64,000 nucleotides of DNA from Candidatus Latescibacterota bacterium. GTDB lineage: Bacteria; Latescibacterota; UBA2968. Below the pieces are notes generated by a model. The model did no database searches, had not been told where the DNA came from, and saw nothing but the letters and a program-made list of their open reading frames with translations. Positions 19,231 through 29,394 of the stretch are shown piece by piece (position 1 is the stretch's first letter; each line of letters starts with the position of its first letter). The position numbers and the translations under genes are program-made. The stretch lies in NCBI GenBank assembly GCA_965204745.1, contig OZ242010.1, positions 1,344,001-1,408,000 of the forward strand, read 5' to 3'.

Positions 19231-20016
19231 ATGCTGATCACATCCCAAGCGCAGATCGATCTGGATGCCGCGCCTTATGGCGTGAAGCTCGCGTTGTTTG
19301 AAGGCCCGCTGGATCTCTTGCTCTTTCTCATTCGGAAAAATGAGATCGACATTTACGACATTCCCATTGCTGAAATTACGCGGCAATTCTTGGAATACGT
19401 GGAGATCATGCAACGCCTCAACTTGGAGGTGGCCGGCGATTTTGTGGTGATGGCCGCCACGTTGATGCGGATCAAATCCCGCATGTTGTTGCCTACTGAT
19501 CCAGATGCCGATGAGGATGAAGGCGATCCGCGCGAGGAACTGGTGCGCCGCTTGTTGGAATACCAGCAATTTCGGGAGGTGGCCGCGTGGATGGAAGACC
19601 AGCAAGCGGAATACCGCGATGTGTTTTATCGGGGTGCGTCAATGGATTTGGCGGATGTTCGGCAACAGCAGGCGGCCGAGGCCATGGGCTTTCGGCCCGT
19701 GAGCCTGTTCGAGTTGATCCGCGCCTTTAAGCAGGCGATAGACGCCGCGCCGAAAACCGAGTTTCACGAGGTCACGCGGGTCGATGTGACGACCGAGGAG
19801 CGCGCCGAATACGTGCTCGACGTTTTGACGCGACAAGGCCGCGTGCCATTTGGGGACCTGATTGTGAACGTGCATCGCGTGGTTGCTATCGTGACGTTTA
19901 TCGCCCTGCTCGACTTGATGAAAGACGGCCAGATCTCGGTGCAACAGGCCGGCGTGGATGGCGAGATTTGGGTGTACCCCCGCGATGCTTTCGAGGAGGT
20001 GGGCGCCGATGGCTGA
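19231..20016 (+). CDS. scpA: Segregation/condensation protein A
   Basis: FEGPLDLLL.LI, F.VMAATL..IKSR.LLP and FIALL.L motifs. Confidence 0.93.
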   Translation: MLITSQAQIDLDAAPYGVKLALFEGPLDLLLFLIRKNEIDIYDIPIAEITRQFLEYVEIMQRLNLEVAGDFVVMAATLMRIKSRMLLPTDPDADEDEGDPREELVRRLLEYQQFREVAAWMEDQQAEYRDVFYRGASMDLADVRQQQAAEAMGFRPVSLFELIRAFKQAIDAAPKTEFHEVTRVDVTTEERAEYVLDVLTRQGRVPFGDLIVNVHRVVAIVTFIALLDLMKDGQISVQQAGVDGEIWVYPRDAFEEVGADG

Positions 20017-20755
20017 CATGGACGACGCGCGCATCGCGCGTTTGGCAACAGACGAAGCAGCGCGCAACAAGGGCGTGGTTGAGGCGTTGTTGATCGCCGC
20101 CGATGATCCCTTGGGCGCGGCGCGTCTGTCTTCGGTTTTGGGATCGCAGACCGGAGCCAGGGAGATTCGCGCTTATGTCGATGATCTCAATGACGAGTAC
20201 GCACAGACGGGCCGCAGTTTTCGGATTGTGGAAGTCGCCGGCGGATTTCAACTGGCTGTCCACAGCGAATTTGCGCCGTGGTTGCGGCAACTGATGCGCG
20301 AAAAAGTCGCGCCGCGCCTGTCCCAAGCATCTTTGGAAACCCTCGCGATTTTGGCGTTTAAGCAACCCGTGACCAAAGCCGAAGTCGAGCATATTCGCGG
20401 CGTGTCTGTGGATGGGGTTTTGCGGCAGTTGATGGAAAAGGGGCTGATCCGCATTTCCGGGCGGTCAGACGCGCCGGGGCGGCCCTTGTTATACGGCACG
20501 ACGCGGGACTTTTTGAAGCATTTCGGGCTGAAGACCCTGTCTGATTTGCCCAGGATCCGCGAGTTGGAAGAATTGCTCCGCGAAGAAGAACAACGGGTGG
20601 CCGACGGCAAAGACAGCCCCATAACCGAGGTGCTCAATGCCGGCGGCGAGAACGTGCGAGACGACCATGACAGAGCGTCTGAACCGGTTTCTGGCCCGAG
20701 CAGGGGTGGCGTCGCGCAGGGCGAGCGAGCGGCTCATCCAAACGGGCAACGTTAA
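20009..20755 (+). CDS. scpB: Segregation/condensation protein B
   Basis: LS.A.LETLAI.A..QPVT and PGRP.LYGTT..FL.HFGL motifs. Confidence 0.93.
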   Translation: MADMDDARIARLATDEAARNKGVVEALLIAADDPLGAARLSSVLGSQTGAREIRAYVDDLNDEYAQTGRSFRIVEVAGGFQLAVHSEFAPWLRQLMREKVAPRLSQASLETLAILAFKQPVTKAEVEHIRGVSVDGVLRQLMEKGLIRISGRSDAPGRPLLYGTTRDFLKHFGLKTLSDLPRIRELEELLREEEQRVADGKDSPITEVLNAGGENVRDDHDRASEPVSGPSRGGVAQGERAAHPNGQR

Positions 20756-21392
20756 ACTCAATGGCGCGGTTGTGACGCATCCGGGCGTGCGGGTCAATCC
20801 GGATGGGGACAGCGTGTGTGTCCACGGTCAGCCGGTGCGAGCGGTTGATCGACAAACTTATGTTTTGTTGCACAAACCCCCTGGATATCTGGTGTCGGCA
20901 CGCGATCCGCATCATGGCCGAACAATTTACGAATTGTTGCGCGGCATTGATGCGCGGATTTTTCCGGCCGGCCGGCTCGATCTGGATACCCGCGGGGTTT
21001 TGTTGTTGACGGATGATGGGGATTTGGCTTTTCGCCTGACCCATCCGCGCTATGGCGTGGCGAAAATTTATCGCGCTTGGGTGCGCGGGCATCCCAAGGC
21101 TACGGCTTTGACCGCACTGCGAACAGGCATCGCGCTCGACGAGGGCGCGTCCGCTCCAGCACGGGTTCGGGTCGTGCGCGTCAAGGATGGCAATGCGGAG
21201 TTGGAATTGGTGTTGCACGAGGGCCGAAAACGACAGGTGAAACAGATGTGCATGGCCGTGGGCCATCGCGTGCAATCCCTAACGCGCACGCACTTTGCCG
21301 GCCTGACGACCCGCCACCTGCGCCAAGGCCAATGGCGACACCTGACGCATGCAGAAGTCAAAAGGCTACGGGAACAGGTCGGGTTGGCGTAG
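20667..21392 (+). CDS. rluB: rRNA pseudouridine synthase (RluB/RsuA family)
   Basis: S4 domain RL...LA..G..SRR, GRLD catalytic motif, EGR.RQV; follows scpAB. Confidence 0.85.
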   Translation: MTERLNRFLARAGVASRRASERLIQTGNVKLNGAVVTHPGVRVNPDGDSVCVHGQPVRAVDRQTYVLLHKPPGYLVSARDPHHGRTIYELLRGIDARIFPAGRLDLDTRGVLLLTDDGDLAFRLTHPRYGVAKIYRAWVRGHPKATALTALRTGIALDEGASAPARVRVVRVKDGNAELELVLHEGRKRQVKQMCMAVGHRVQSLTRTHFAGLTTRHLRQGQWRHLTHAEVKRLREQVGLA

Positions 21393-21405
21393 CAAGAAGA
21401 AAAGC

Positions 21406-21514
21406 GTAAGAGGTAAGAGGCAAGAGGCAAGAGGCAAGAGGCAAGACGCAAGACGCAAGACGCAAGAGGCAAGACGTAAGACGTAAGACGCAAGACGTAA
21501 GACGCAAGACGTAA
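21406..21514. repeat. Heptamer microsatellite G[CT]AAGA[GC] x ~15
   Basis: Direct reading. Confidence 0.95.
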
Positions 21515-21635
21515 AAGGGCCAAATCCACTGCGCGTTTCGATGAACGGCTGGCGCAGTTGTACCATCGTTCCGCTAATGAACTGACTCGAGAGACCGCCA
21601 ATTGTACACCGCTCCGCTGATTCGCATGTTGCCCC

Positions 21636-22115
21636 ATGATTATCACCCGCAATATTCTGCTCGTTTTTTTGGCCCTGCTTTTCCAAGCGTCTTGGGCGCA
21701 TGGCCTCGCCATTTACGGGATCGTGCCAGATCTCGTGATCATAACCCTGGTGTTTATCGCCATCAGCCGAGGGCAAATTGAAGGCACTGTGCTGGGGTTC
21801 GTATCGGGGTTGCTCATCGACTTATACGACCCCGGCGCGCGGTTGGGCATCAATGCCTTGGGCAACAGCTTGATCGGTTTTTGCGTGGGGTATAGCCGCC
21901 TTGGCATCGTCGCAGAATCCCTGCGCGTGCAGGCTGTGATTCTGTTTTTTGCCACGCTTTTGCACGATGTCATTTTTTTTCTGTTTTCTTCAGACCCGAT
22001 CAAAATTTTGAGCATCGGGTTGGGCACTAGCTTTTACACAGCCGCGCTGGGCACGGCATTGTCGTTTGCCTTTGCCCGCATCATTGGAATGGGACGCCAT
22101 GCAACGCGACTATGA
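21636..22115 (+). CDS. mreD: Rod shape-determining protein MreD
   Basis: Hydrophobic; PDL, GF..GLL.D and G.NAL motifs; upstream of PBP2. Confidence 0.85.
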   Translation: MIITRNILLVFLALLFQASWAHGLAIYGIVPDLVIITLVFIAISRGQIEGTVLGFVSGLLIDLYDPGARLGINALGNSLIGFCVGYSRLGIVAESLRVQAVILFFATLLHDVIFFLFSSDPIKILSIGLGTSFYTAALGTALSFAFARIIGMGRHATRL

Positions 22116-23955
22116 CAACAGCCTGCGAGAACGCCACGCGCACATCCTGATGGGTGTGATCGCGTTGCTCTTTGGCATTTTGGGCGTGCGTCTCTACATG
22201 TTGCAAATTGCCGGCGGGGATCAGTATCGCATCCAGTCAAAAAAAAACACCATGCAACCGGTCGTCATTCAGGCCAATCGCGGCCTGATCCGCGACCGCA
22301 ATGGCGCGATCTTGGTCGATAACAGTCCGTCTTATGCCATTTCTGTGATTCCCCCGCGCCTGTTGGCTAATATTGAAGAAGGCGCGTGCGATGGCCTTCT
22401 TGAACGCCTGGGACAAATTGTGGACCTGCCATGTGAGAGCATCGCGGAAAAACTGCAATCGCGCCATCTGCATTTTTACGATCCGGTCAAACTCAAACGC
22501 GATGTGGATTTTAAGGCCATTTCCATTGTCGAAGAAAACCGCTACGATTTGCCGGGTGTGGAAATCCAAACGGAAGTCCGAAGGGGCTATCCCATTTTTG
22601 ACCCTCTGGCTTTGATACCCGCCGAGTCGCCGCACCCCTTCCCCTTAGCCCCGCATATCTTGGGCTATGTGGGGTTGATCAGCCCAGCGCAATATGCCCA
22701 GTTGAAACCCTTGGGCTATCGCTATGACGATCAGATTGGAAAGCGCGGGATCGAGCGCCTCTTTGAAGACCGCATGCGGGGATCTAAGGGCATCAAATAT
22801 ATCGAAGTCAATGCCAAGGGGCGTGAAGTGGGCAGTTTTCCAGAACAAACATCTCCGCCCATCCCTGGCGAAGACATATCCCTGACGCTCGACTGGCGCG
22901 TGCAGTGGGTTGCCGAGCACGCATTTGCCGACAGCATGCGCGGTAGCTTGGTGGCGATGAACCCACAGACCGGCGCAATTCTCGCGATAGTCAGCAAACC
23001 GAGTTTTCACCCGCGTTCCATCCGCGACCCCAAGGCCTGGCACCTCTTGCAAACAGACCCGGCCATTCCCTTGCTCAACCGCAGCCTTCAGGGCGAATAT
23101 CCACCCGCGTCGGTTTTCAAAATGGTCGCATCTATCGCCGCGTTGGACATGGGCCTTTTCGAGGCGGGCGATTATCGCTTCCGCCCGTGCAGGGGGGGCA
23201 TGGTTTTTGGCAATCGCCGGTTTGGTTGCCACAACAAAAAGGGCTGTGGAAAAATCAACTTGCGCGAGGCCCTCGCCAAGTCGTGCGATGTGGTTTTTTA
23301 TCAACTCGGCATGGAAATGGGCATTGAAAACTGGCATCGGTACGCCCACATGTTTGGCTTTGGGGAAGTGACAAAGATCGACATTGCATCCGGCGGCGAT
23401 GGCGAAGCCCGCGGCCTGTTGCCCAACCGCACCTATTACGAACAGCGGCACGGCGCCTGGACGAGGGGGTACATGCTCAACTTGGTCATTGGACAAGGGG
23501 AACTTTTGGCGACGCCCATTCAGGTGGCGCGCTACGTCAGCGCGTTGGCAACGGGTCGGCTACCCACGCCTTATGTGATCAAAGGCACGCAGAGCCAAAC
23601 CGCGCCCCTTCCCATCTCGGCATCGGCCATCCAAACCGTGCAAAGCATGATGTGGGATGTGGTCAACAGCCCAAGTGGCACGGGCCGCAACGCTCAGGTA
23701 CCCGATATTGCCGTTGCGGGAAAAACCGGTACCGCGCAAAATCCACACGGGGAAGACCACGCATGGTTTGTCGCATTCGCGCCCGTGCAAAACCCGCGCA
23801 TTGCCCTAGCGGTCATCGTTGAAAACAGCGGTTCGGGTGGCGCGATAGCCGCGCCCATTGCCCAAAAAACGCTCGCCGCCTATTTTGAATACGCCGATCC
23901 AAGATCCGCTGGGGAATGGGTTGTCGATGATCAAAAAGCGCGAGGGGATGAATAG
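22099..23955 (+). CDS. mrdA: Penicillin-binding protein 2
   Basis: RG.I.DRNG, YPPASVFK (SxxK), SCD and KTGTAQ motifs. Confidence 0.93.
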   Translation: MQRDYDNSLRERHAHILMGVIALLFGILGVRLYMLQIAGGDQYRIQSKKNTMQPVVIQANRGLIRDRNGAILVDNSPSYAISVIPPRLLANIEEGACDGLLERLGQIVDLPCESIAEKLQSRHLHFYDPVKLKRDVDFKAISIVEENRYDLPGVEIQTEVRRGYPIFDPLALIPAESPHPFPLAPHILGYVGLISPAQYAQLKPLGYRYDDQIGKRGIERLFEDRMRGSKGIKYIEVNAKGREVGSFPEQTSPPIPGEDISLTLDWRVQWVAEHAFADSMRGSLVAMNPQTGAILAIVSKPSFHPRSIRDPKAWHLLQTDPAIPLLNRSLQGEYPPASVFKMVASIAALDMGLFEAGDYRFRPCRGGMVFGNRRFGCHNKKGCGKINLREALAKSCDVVFYQLGMEMGIENWHRYAHMFGFGEVTKIDIASGGDGEARGLLPNRTYYEQRHGAWTRGYMLNLVIGQGELLATPIQVARYVSALATGRLPTPYVIKGTQSQTAPLPISASAIQTVQSMMWDVVNSPSGTGRNAQVPDIAVAGKTGTAQNPHGEDHAWFVAFAPVQNPRIALAVIVENSGSGGAIAAPIAQKTLAAYFEYADPRSAGEWVVDDQKARGDE

Positions 23956-24227
23956 ACGGAACGGTGTACAACTGCGTAGGAGTTCATCGACGAATCGGGT
24001 AGGTCTGCGGTTTATCCGCGAATCCCGTCCCAACTCAAAGCGCGAAATACATCGTAGAGGCGCGGCCCCGTGCCCGCCCGAATCAGCGAATCGGATCCCA
24101 GCTCGAGGCAGTTGTCAGGACACCCCGTAAAGTTGCAACAAACTGCTTTGACCCCGAGGGCGAAAGCCTGCGGCAGAGCCACACCATATCCCCGTGCTGA
24201 AGCGACGGGGTTTCACGGGCTATTTAG

Positions 24228-25451
24228 ATGAACCTTTCTCGATTTGTCAGACGCGACCTCGATATTGGCCTCATCGCGGCGATATGTTTGGGCCTTGGCG
24301 CGGGCGTTACCGTTCTTTACAGTGCCAGTTACGATTGGGATTCGGGCCTGCCCAGCGACATTTATGAAAAGCAGATGACTTGGGTGTTGGTCGGGTGGAT
24401 GGCCCTCGCTATCGCCATGGGCATTCCCATCAAATTCTTTTACGCCTTTGCCTATATTTTTTACGGGCTTGCGGTTGCACTTTTGATTTTGGTGTTCGAA
24501 TGGGGCAACCAACGCTGGTTCAACTTCGGCCCCATTTACCTTCAACCCTCTGAACTGGCTAAGATCGCGACTGTCTTGGCACTCGCGCGCTATTTGTCCT
24601 ATAGCAACCGCGACCTGACCCGGGTGCTGGCCTTTGTCCCGCCGTTGTTGCTCGTGCTCGTTCCCATCCTCTTGGTTTTTAAGCAGCCCGATTTGGGCAC
24701 GGCCCTGGTATTTGGCGCGCTGGTCTTGCCCATGTTCTTCTGGGCCGGTGCAAAACCCCTGCACTTGTTCTTTCTCATCTCCCCCGTTCTCACCTTGATC
24801 TGCGCCTTCCATCCCTGGACCCTCGCGCCGATGATGCTCTTGCTCATCGCCAGCCAGTTCATCGCACGCCCCCGCTTGTTCGCCAGCATGGCCTTGATGC
24901 TGGTCAACCTCATCGTCGCCATTGGCGCGCCGTACATGTGGGAACACAAACTCCACGACTACCAAAAACGCCGCGTCCTCACCTTCCTCGATCCGGATAC
25001 GGACAAACTCGGCGCGGGGTACCAGGTCATCCAATCCAAAATCGCCATTGGCTCCGGCGGCCTCACCGGCAAGGGGTTTTTGGACGGCACGCAGACCAAA
25101 CTCGCGTTTTTGCCCGAACAACACACCGACTTCATCTTCGCCGTGATCTGCGAAGAGTTCGGGTTTGTCGGCGCGCTGTTCGTCTTGGCCCTGTTTATGT
25201 TCATCCTTTGGCGCGCCCTGTCTATCTCGGTGCAAGCCAAAAGCCGCTTCTCGAGCTTGGTCGCCGTGGGCTTGGCGAGCATCCTCCTCTTTCACATTTT
25301 CGTCAACATCGGCATGACTATCGGCATCATGCCTGTCACTGGCCTGCCCCTGCCCTTCCTGAGCTACGGCGGCTCAACCCTCACCATGAACATGGTCCTC
25401 TGCGGCCTCCTCCTCAACATCTACGCAAGTAGGTATAAAGAGGATTATTAG
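24228..25451 (+). CDS. rodA: Rod shape-determining protein RodA
   Basis: QPSE.AK, QPDLGT, GYQVIQS.IAIGSGG, LPE.HTDFIF and LP..SYGG motifs. Confidence 0.95.
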   Translation: MNLSRFVRRDLDIGLIAAICLGLGAGVTVLYSASYDWDSGLPSDIYEKQMTWVLVGWMALAIAMGIPIKFFYAFAYIFYGLAVALLILVFEWGNQRWFNFGPIYLQPSELAKIATVLALARYLSYSNRDLTRVLAFVPPLLLVLVPILLVFKQPDLGTALVFGALVLPMFFWAGAKPLHLFFLISPVLTLICAFHPWTLAPMMLLLIASQFIARPRLFASMALMLVNLIVAIGAPYMWEHKLHDYQKRRVLTFLDPDTDKLGAGYQVIQSKIAIGSGGLTGKGFLDGTQTKLAFLPEQHTDFIFAVICEEFGFVGALFVLALFMFILWRALSISVQAKSRFSSLVAVGLASILLFHIFVNIGMTIGIMPVTGLPLPFLSYGGSTLTMNMVLCGLLLNIYASRYKEDY

Positions 25452-25556
25452 AGGCGGAGCAACCACGCTCTGACGAAAGCCCGCCCCTACCTGCTTATTG
25501 GGTGGCCGGGCCGGGACTGACAACTGACAATGCGAATAAAGCGTTGAATCCTTATT

Positions 25557-25743
25557 GGGACCTACCCCCCTGGCCCCCCTTCCTGCGAGGAAGGGGGGAA
25601 TGGCGAGAGGTTGTGCGAGGGGTTTGGGTTTCCAGAGCGTGATCTATTCGCTCAAAGCCATCAGAACAGCCAGGGAGACAACCCTTCAAAAAGCCATGCG
25701 CTCCCCCTTTCCTTGTAGGAAAGGGGGCCGGGGGGATAGGTCC
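25557..25743. repeat. Second palindromic element family (GGACCTA-CCCCC...GGGGG-TAGGTCC ends)
   Basis: Inverted termini, each with a CCCC(C/T)TTCCT...AGGA(A)AGGGG hairpin; an inverted homolog lies at 40560-40887. Confidence 0.75.
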
Positions 25744-25889
25744 TACGAGGAAGGGGAAGAACCTCTCTCGTTGCGGAGAGGAGCCGGATGACTCGTCCAT
25801 GTCTTTGGGCGATTGGTCTCGGCTTGCTTCCTACTCGCTTTCTACTCTTAATTCGCATTGACCACTGACAACTACCCCAGGAGTTCTCC

Positions 25890-27146
25890 ATGGCTTCCGA
25901 CAAACCAAACATCATCCTCATTCTAGCCGATGACTTGGGCTACGAATGCCTCGGCTGTTACGGCGGCGAATCGTATCAAACGCCCGTGCTCGACGGGTTG
26001 GCCCAAGCGGGCATGCGATTTGACCATGCGTACGCCCTGCCCCTGTGTACGCCCACGCGCCTGCAACTGATGACCGGCAAATACAATTTTCGCAACTGGC
26101 GCGCCTTTGGCGTGATGGATCCCCACGAGCGAACCTTTGGGCATCTGATGAAAGCGGCCGGCTATCAAACGTGCATTTCGGGCAAATGGCAAATGTACAG
26201 CTACAAGTACAGCTACAATCCCCCAGATTTTGAACCCGAATGGCGCGGGAAAGGCCAGCGGCCCGAAGAGTCCGGGTTTGACGAATATTGCTTGTGGCAC
26301 ACTGAACACACCGAGGACAAGGGGTCGCGGTACGCGGATCCGGTGATTCAGCAAAATGGGGCGTATTTGACGGATACAGAAGGCGAGTACGGGCCTGATA
26401 TTTTTACGGCCTATATTTGCGATTTTATCGAACGGCATCAGAACGATCCGTTTTTTGTGTACTACCCCATGGCCCTGACCCACGGCCCATTTGAACCCAC
26501 GCCCCACAGCGCGATTTGGCCTGAAAATCGGCACGATAGCGGCGCGAAATATTTTGCGGATATGGTCGAGTACATGGACGTGGTGATCGGGCGCATTGTC
26601 GATAAATTGGACGCCCTCGGTTTGCGCGAAAACACCTTGCTCCTGTTTTTGGGCGATAATGGATCCCCGCGTCAGATCACGTCCATCCTCAACGGCCGCG
26701 CGTTCCAAGGGGGCAAGGGCCTTTCGACAGACGCGGGCACCCGCGTGCCCCTCATCGCCAGTTGCCCGGGCGCGATTCCCCCCGGCTCGGCGTGTGGCGA
26801 TTTGATCGATTGCAGCGACTTTTTGCCCACGATGATGGCACTGGCCGGCGCGCCTTTGCCCGAAGACGACGCGTTCGATGGCGTATCGTTCTCGCCGCAA
26901 CTAAAGGGTGAATCGGGCACCCCGCGCGAGTGGATTTTCGCGCACCACGATCCCCTTCCCGGCTGGGGCAAAGAGGGCTATTACCTGAAACGCTGGGCAC
27001 AAGATACGCGCTGGAAACTCTACGACACGGGCGACCTGTACGACGTGGTAGAAGACGAACTGGAAGAACATCCCATCACAGATCACAATGCCGAAGCCAC
27101 CGCCGCACGCCAAAAATTACAAGCCGTGCTGGATCGGATGCAGTAG
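25890..27146 (+). CDS. Sulfatase
   Basis: PNII.ILADDLG, CTPTR formylglycine motif, GKW and GDNG. Confidence 0.92.
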   Translation: MASDKPNIILILADDLGYECLGCYGGESYQTPVLDGLAQAGMRFDHAYALPLCTPTRLQLMTGKYNFRNWRAFGVMDPHERTFGHLMKAAGYQTCISGKWQMYSYKYSYNPPDFEPEWRGKGQRPEESGFDEYCLWHTEHTEDKGSRYADPVIQQNGAYLTDTEGEYGPDIFTAYICDFIERHQNDPFFVYYPMALTHGPFEPTPHSAIWPENRHDSGAKYFADMVEYMDVVIGRIVDKLDALGLRENTLLLFLGDNGSPRQITSILNGRAFQGGKGLSTDAGTRVPLIASCPGAIPPGSACGDLIDCSDFLPTMMALAGAPLPEDDAFDGVSFSPQLKGESGTPREWIFAHHDPLPGWGKEGYYLKRWAQDTRWKLYDTGDLYDVVEDELEEHPITDHNAEATAARQKLQAVLDRMQ

Positions 27147-27221
27147 TCAGTAGTCAGTAGTCAGTAGTCAGTAGTCAGTAGTCAGTAGTCAGTAGTCAGT
27201 AGTCAGTAGTCAGTAGTCAGT
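27141..27221. repeat. Heptamer microsatellite (CAGTAGT)x11; contains the sulfatase stop codon
   Basis: Direct reading. Confidence 0.95.
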
Positions 27222-27250
27222 CCCCTCACCGCCCCACCGCATTCAAAAAA

Positions 27251-27284
27251 CAAAAAGCGGCGATCCGAAGATCACCGCTTTTTG
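27251..27284. terminator. Bidirectional intrinsic terminator
   Basis: CAAAAAGCGGCGATC-CGAA-GATCACCGCTTTTTG between convergent genes. Confidence 0.75.
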
Positions 27285-27338
27285 TTTGTACGCAAACCAT
27301 CGGGGGCAAGTGCTCAACCTACCAGAGGTTCATACAGG

Positions 27339-27563
27339 CTACCCATACAAATATTTATCGTGTTGTTCAGACGCATCTGAAACATCGCATTCAATTGGGT
27401 CTTTGCCCAAGTTCCAAATGGGATCGTTTTGAACCGTCGGCACAAGTGTAATCACGCCATTTTCCTTTTTGAGTTCGACTTCCTCGATGCCTTCCAACAA
27501 CTGCCGAGGAATCAAAACCCCTTGCGCCGTCACGCTTATCTTAATCGTTTCGTCCATCACCAA
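27339..27563 (-). CDS. AbrB/MazE-like antitoxin, orphan
   Basis: GVLIPRQLL..V.L..E.G.I.L.P swapped-hairpin pattern and DASEQHDKYLY tail; no toxin gene follows. Confidence 0.55.
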   Translation of the reverse strand: MVMDETIKISVTAQGVLIPRQLLEGIEEVELKKENGVITLVPTVQNDPIWNLGKDPIECDVSDASEQHDKYLYG

Positions 27564-27754
27564 ACCCTTTCACAATGGCGGGGAAGCAATCGCGTATCGC
27601 AAAAATAACGGATTGTAAAACAACGGGCAACTTTTTGTTTTGCCGCGCAATCCGTTTCATCTGCGGATCCCCATTGTGAACAGATCGTTCAATGCCGATG
27701 CGCTTGGTGATGGGGTATTTGTTTTGTGAACAACGAGTTATGTTGCAAGGGGTG

Positions 27755-27771
27755 CTGGCACGTTCCTTGCC
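27755..27771 (+). promoter_or_regulatory. sigma54 (-24/-12) promoter
   Basis: TGGCAC-GTTCC-TTGC at 27756-27770, ~50 nt upstream of comM. Confidence 0.6.
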
Positions 27772-27819
27772 TGATTGCATGTGGTTTTCGGTTCGTTCAC
27801 TTCTTGCAAGGAGGGTGTG

Positions 27820-29358
27820 ATGACAGCGCGCGTATTGAGTTGTGCAACGCTGGGTATTGATGCGTATATCGTGCATATTGAGGCGGATATTTCGCAACAA
27901 CTGCCCGCGTTTTCCGTGGTGGGGCTGCCCGATAGCGCGGTGAAGGAAAGCCGGGATCGGGTGATGGCCGCGATTAAAAATGCCGGGCGATCCTTTCCGA
28001 GCAACCGCATCACCGTGAACTTGGCACCGGCGGACATTCGGAAGGAAGGTTCGGCATTTGACTTGCCCATCGCCATTGGCATCATCGCGGCGATGAGCAG
28101 TTGTGTTTCGCCCGAGAAATTGTCGCAATACATCATCTTGGGCGAGTTGGCCTTAGACGGCACGGTGCGCCCGATTCGCGGCGCGTTGTCCATGGCCGTG
28201 GAAGCCAAACGGGCCGGCCTCAAGGGGTTGATCATGCCAGTGGAAAATGCGCGGGAAGCGGCGATAGCCGGCGGGATGGAGGTGTTGCCCGTGCGCGATT
28301 TGACCGAGGCACTGGACTTTTTGGAGGGGTATTGCGACATCATGCCCTTTGAAATCAACAGCGACGCGATTTTTCGGCAGGCCATGACGCATCGGGTGGA
28401 TTTTAAGGATGTGCGCGGGCAAGAACACGCCAAGCGCGCGCTGGAGGTGGCCGCCGCAGGCGCGCACAACGCGATCCTCATGGGGCCGCCCGGATCCGGC
28501 AAGACCATGCTCTCGCGGAGATTGCCGACCATCTTGCCGGACCTGACATTGGACGAGGCCCTTCAGACCACAAAAATTCACTCGGTGGCCGGCTTGTTGC
28601 CCCCGGACACCGCGCTGGTGGCAACGCGGCCCTTTCGCTCCCCGCATCACACGATTTCAGACGCGGGCCTGATCGGCGGCGGCCCCTATCCCCGCCCCGG
28701 CGAGGTGTCGCTAGCCCATCACGGAGTGCTGTTTTTGGACGAGTTGCCCGAGTTCAAAAAGCAGGTGCTGGAATCCCTGCGCCAACCCATTGAGGACAGT
28801 TTTGTCACCATAGCACGCGCCGCGATCTCGCTTTCGTATCCCGCGTGCTTTATGCTCGTTTGCGCGATGAATCCGTGCCCGTGTGGGTATTTGGGCGATC
28901 CGAGCCACGAGTGTATCTGCTCGCCCCCGGTGATCCAACGCTATCTCAACAAAATTTCAGGCCCGCTGATGGATCGCATCGACATTCATGTGGAAGCCCC
29001 TGCGGTGCCTTACGAAGAACTGGCGGATGAACCCGCAGGCGAGTCCTCCGCAGACATCCGCAAGCGCGTGCAAGCCGCCCGCCAAACCCAACTGGATCGC
29101 TTTGGGGAGTATCCCGACCTGTTTAGCAACGCGCACATGGGCCCGCGCGAGATTCGGTCGTTTTGCAAAATAGATGGCAAGAGCGAGGAGTTGTTGCGGA
29201 TGGCAATTACGCGCTTGGGCCTGTCGGCCCGCGCCTATGATCGGATATTAAAAGCGAGCCGCACCATAGCAGACCTCGAAGGCGAAGCGGAGATTCAATC
29301 GCGCCATGTGGCCGAGGCCATTCAATACCGCAGTTTGGACAGGAGATTGTGGGAGTGA
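27820..29358 (+). CDS. comM: YifB/ComM Mg-chelatase-like AAA ATPase
   Basis: VGLPD.AVKES..RV, NLAPAD..K.G..FDLPIA, GPPGSGKT and LFLDELPEF motifs. Confidence 0.92.
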   Translation: MTARVLSCATLGIDAYIVHIEADISQQLPAFSVVGLPDSAVKESRDRVMAAIKNAGRSFPSNRITVNLAPADIRKEGSAFDLPIAIGIIAAMSSCVSPEKLSQYIILGELALDGTVRPIRGALSMAVEAKRAGLKGLIMPVENAREAAIAGGMEVLPVRDLTEALDFLEGYCDIMPFEINSDAIFRQAMTHRVDFKDVRGQEHAKRALEVAAAGAHNAILMGPPGSGKTMLSRRLPTILPDLTLDEALQTTKIHSVAGLLPPDTALVATRPFRSPHHTISDAGLIGGGPYPRPGEVSLAHHGVLFLDELPEFKKQVLESLRQPIEDSFVTIARAAISLSYPACFMLVCAMNPCPCGYLGDPSHECICSPPVIQRYLNKISGPLMDRIDIHVEAPAVPYEELADEPAGESSADIRKRVQAARQTQLDRFGEYPDLFSNAHMGPREIRSFCKIDGKSEELLRMAITRLGLSARAYDRILKASRTIADLEGEAEIQSRHVAEAIQYRSLDRRLWE

Positions 29359-29394
29359 ATCGCCATTGTAAAACCACGTATCGAGCGTTATATT

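Noticed and set aside
20667-20755. 89-nt overlap between scpB and rluB
   Set aside because: Probably a low-complexity C-terminal read-through of ScpB; nothing suggests a special function.
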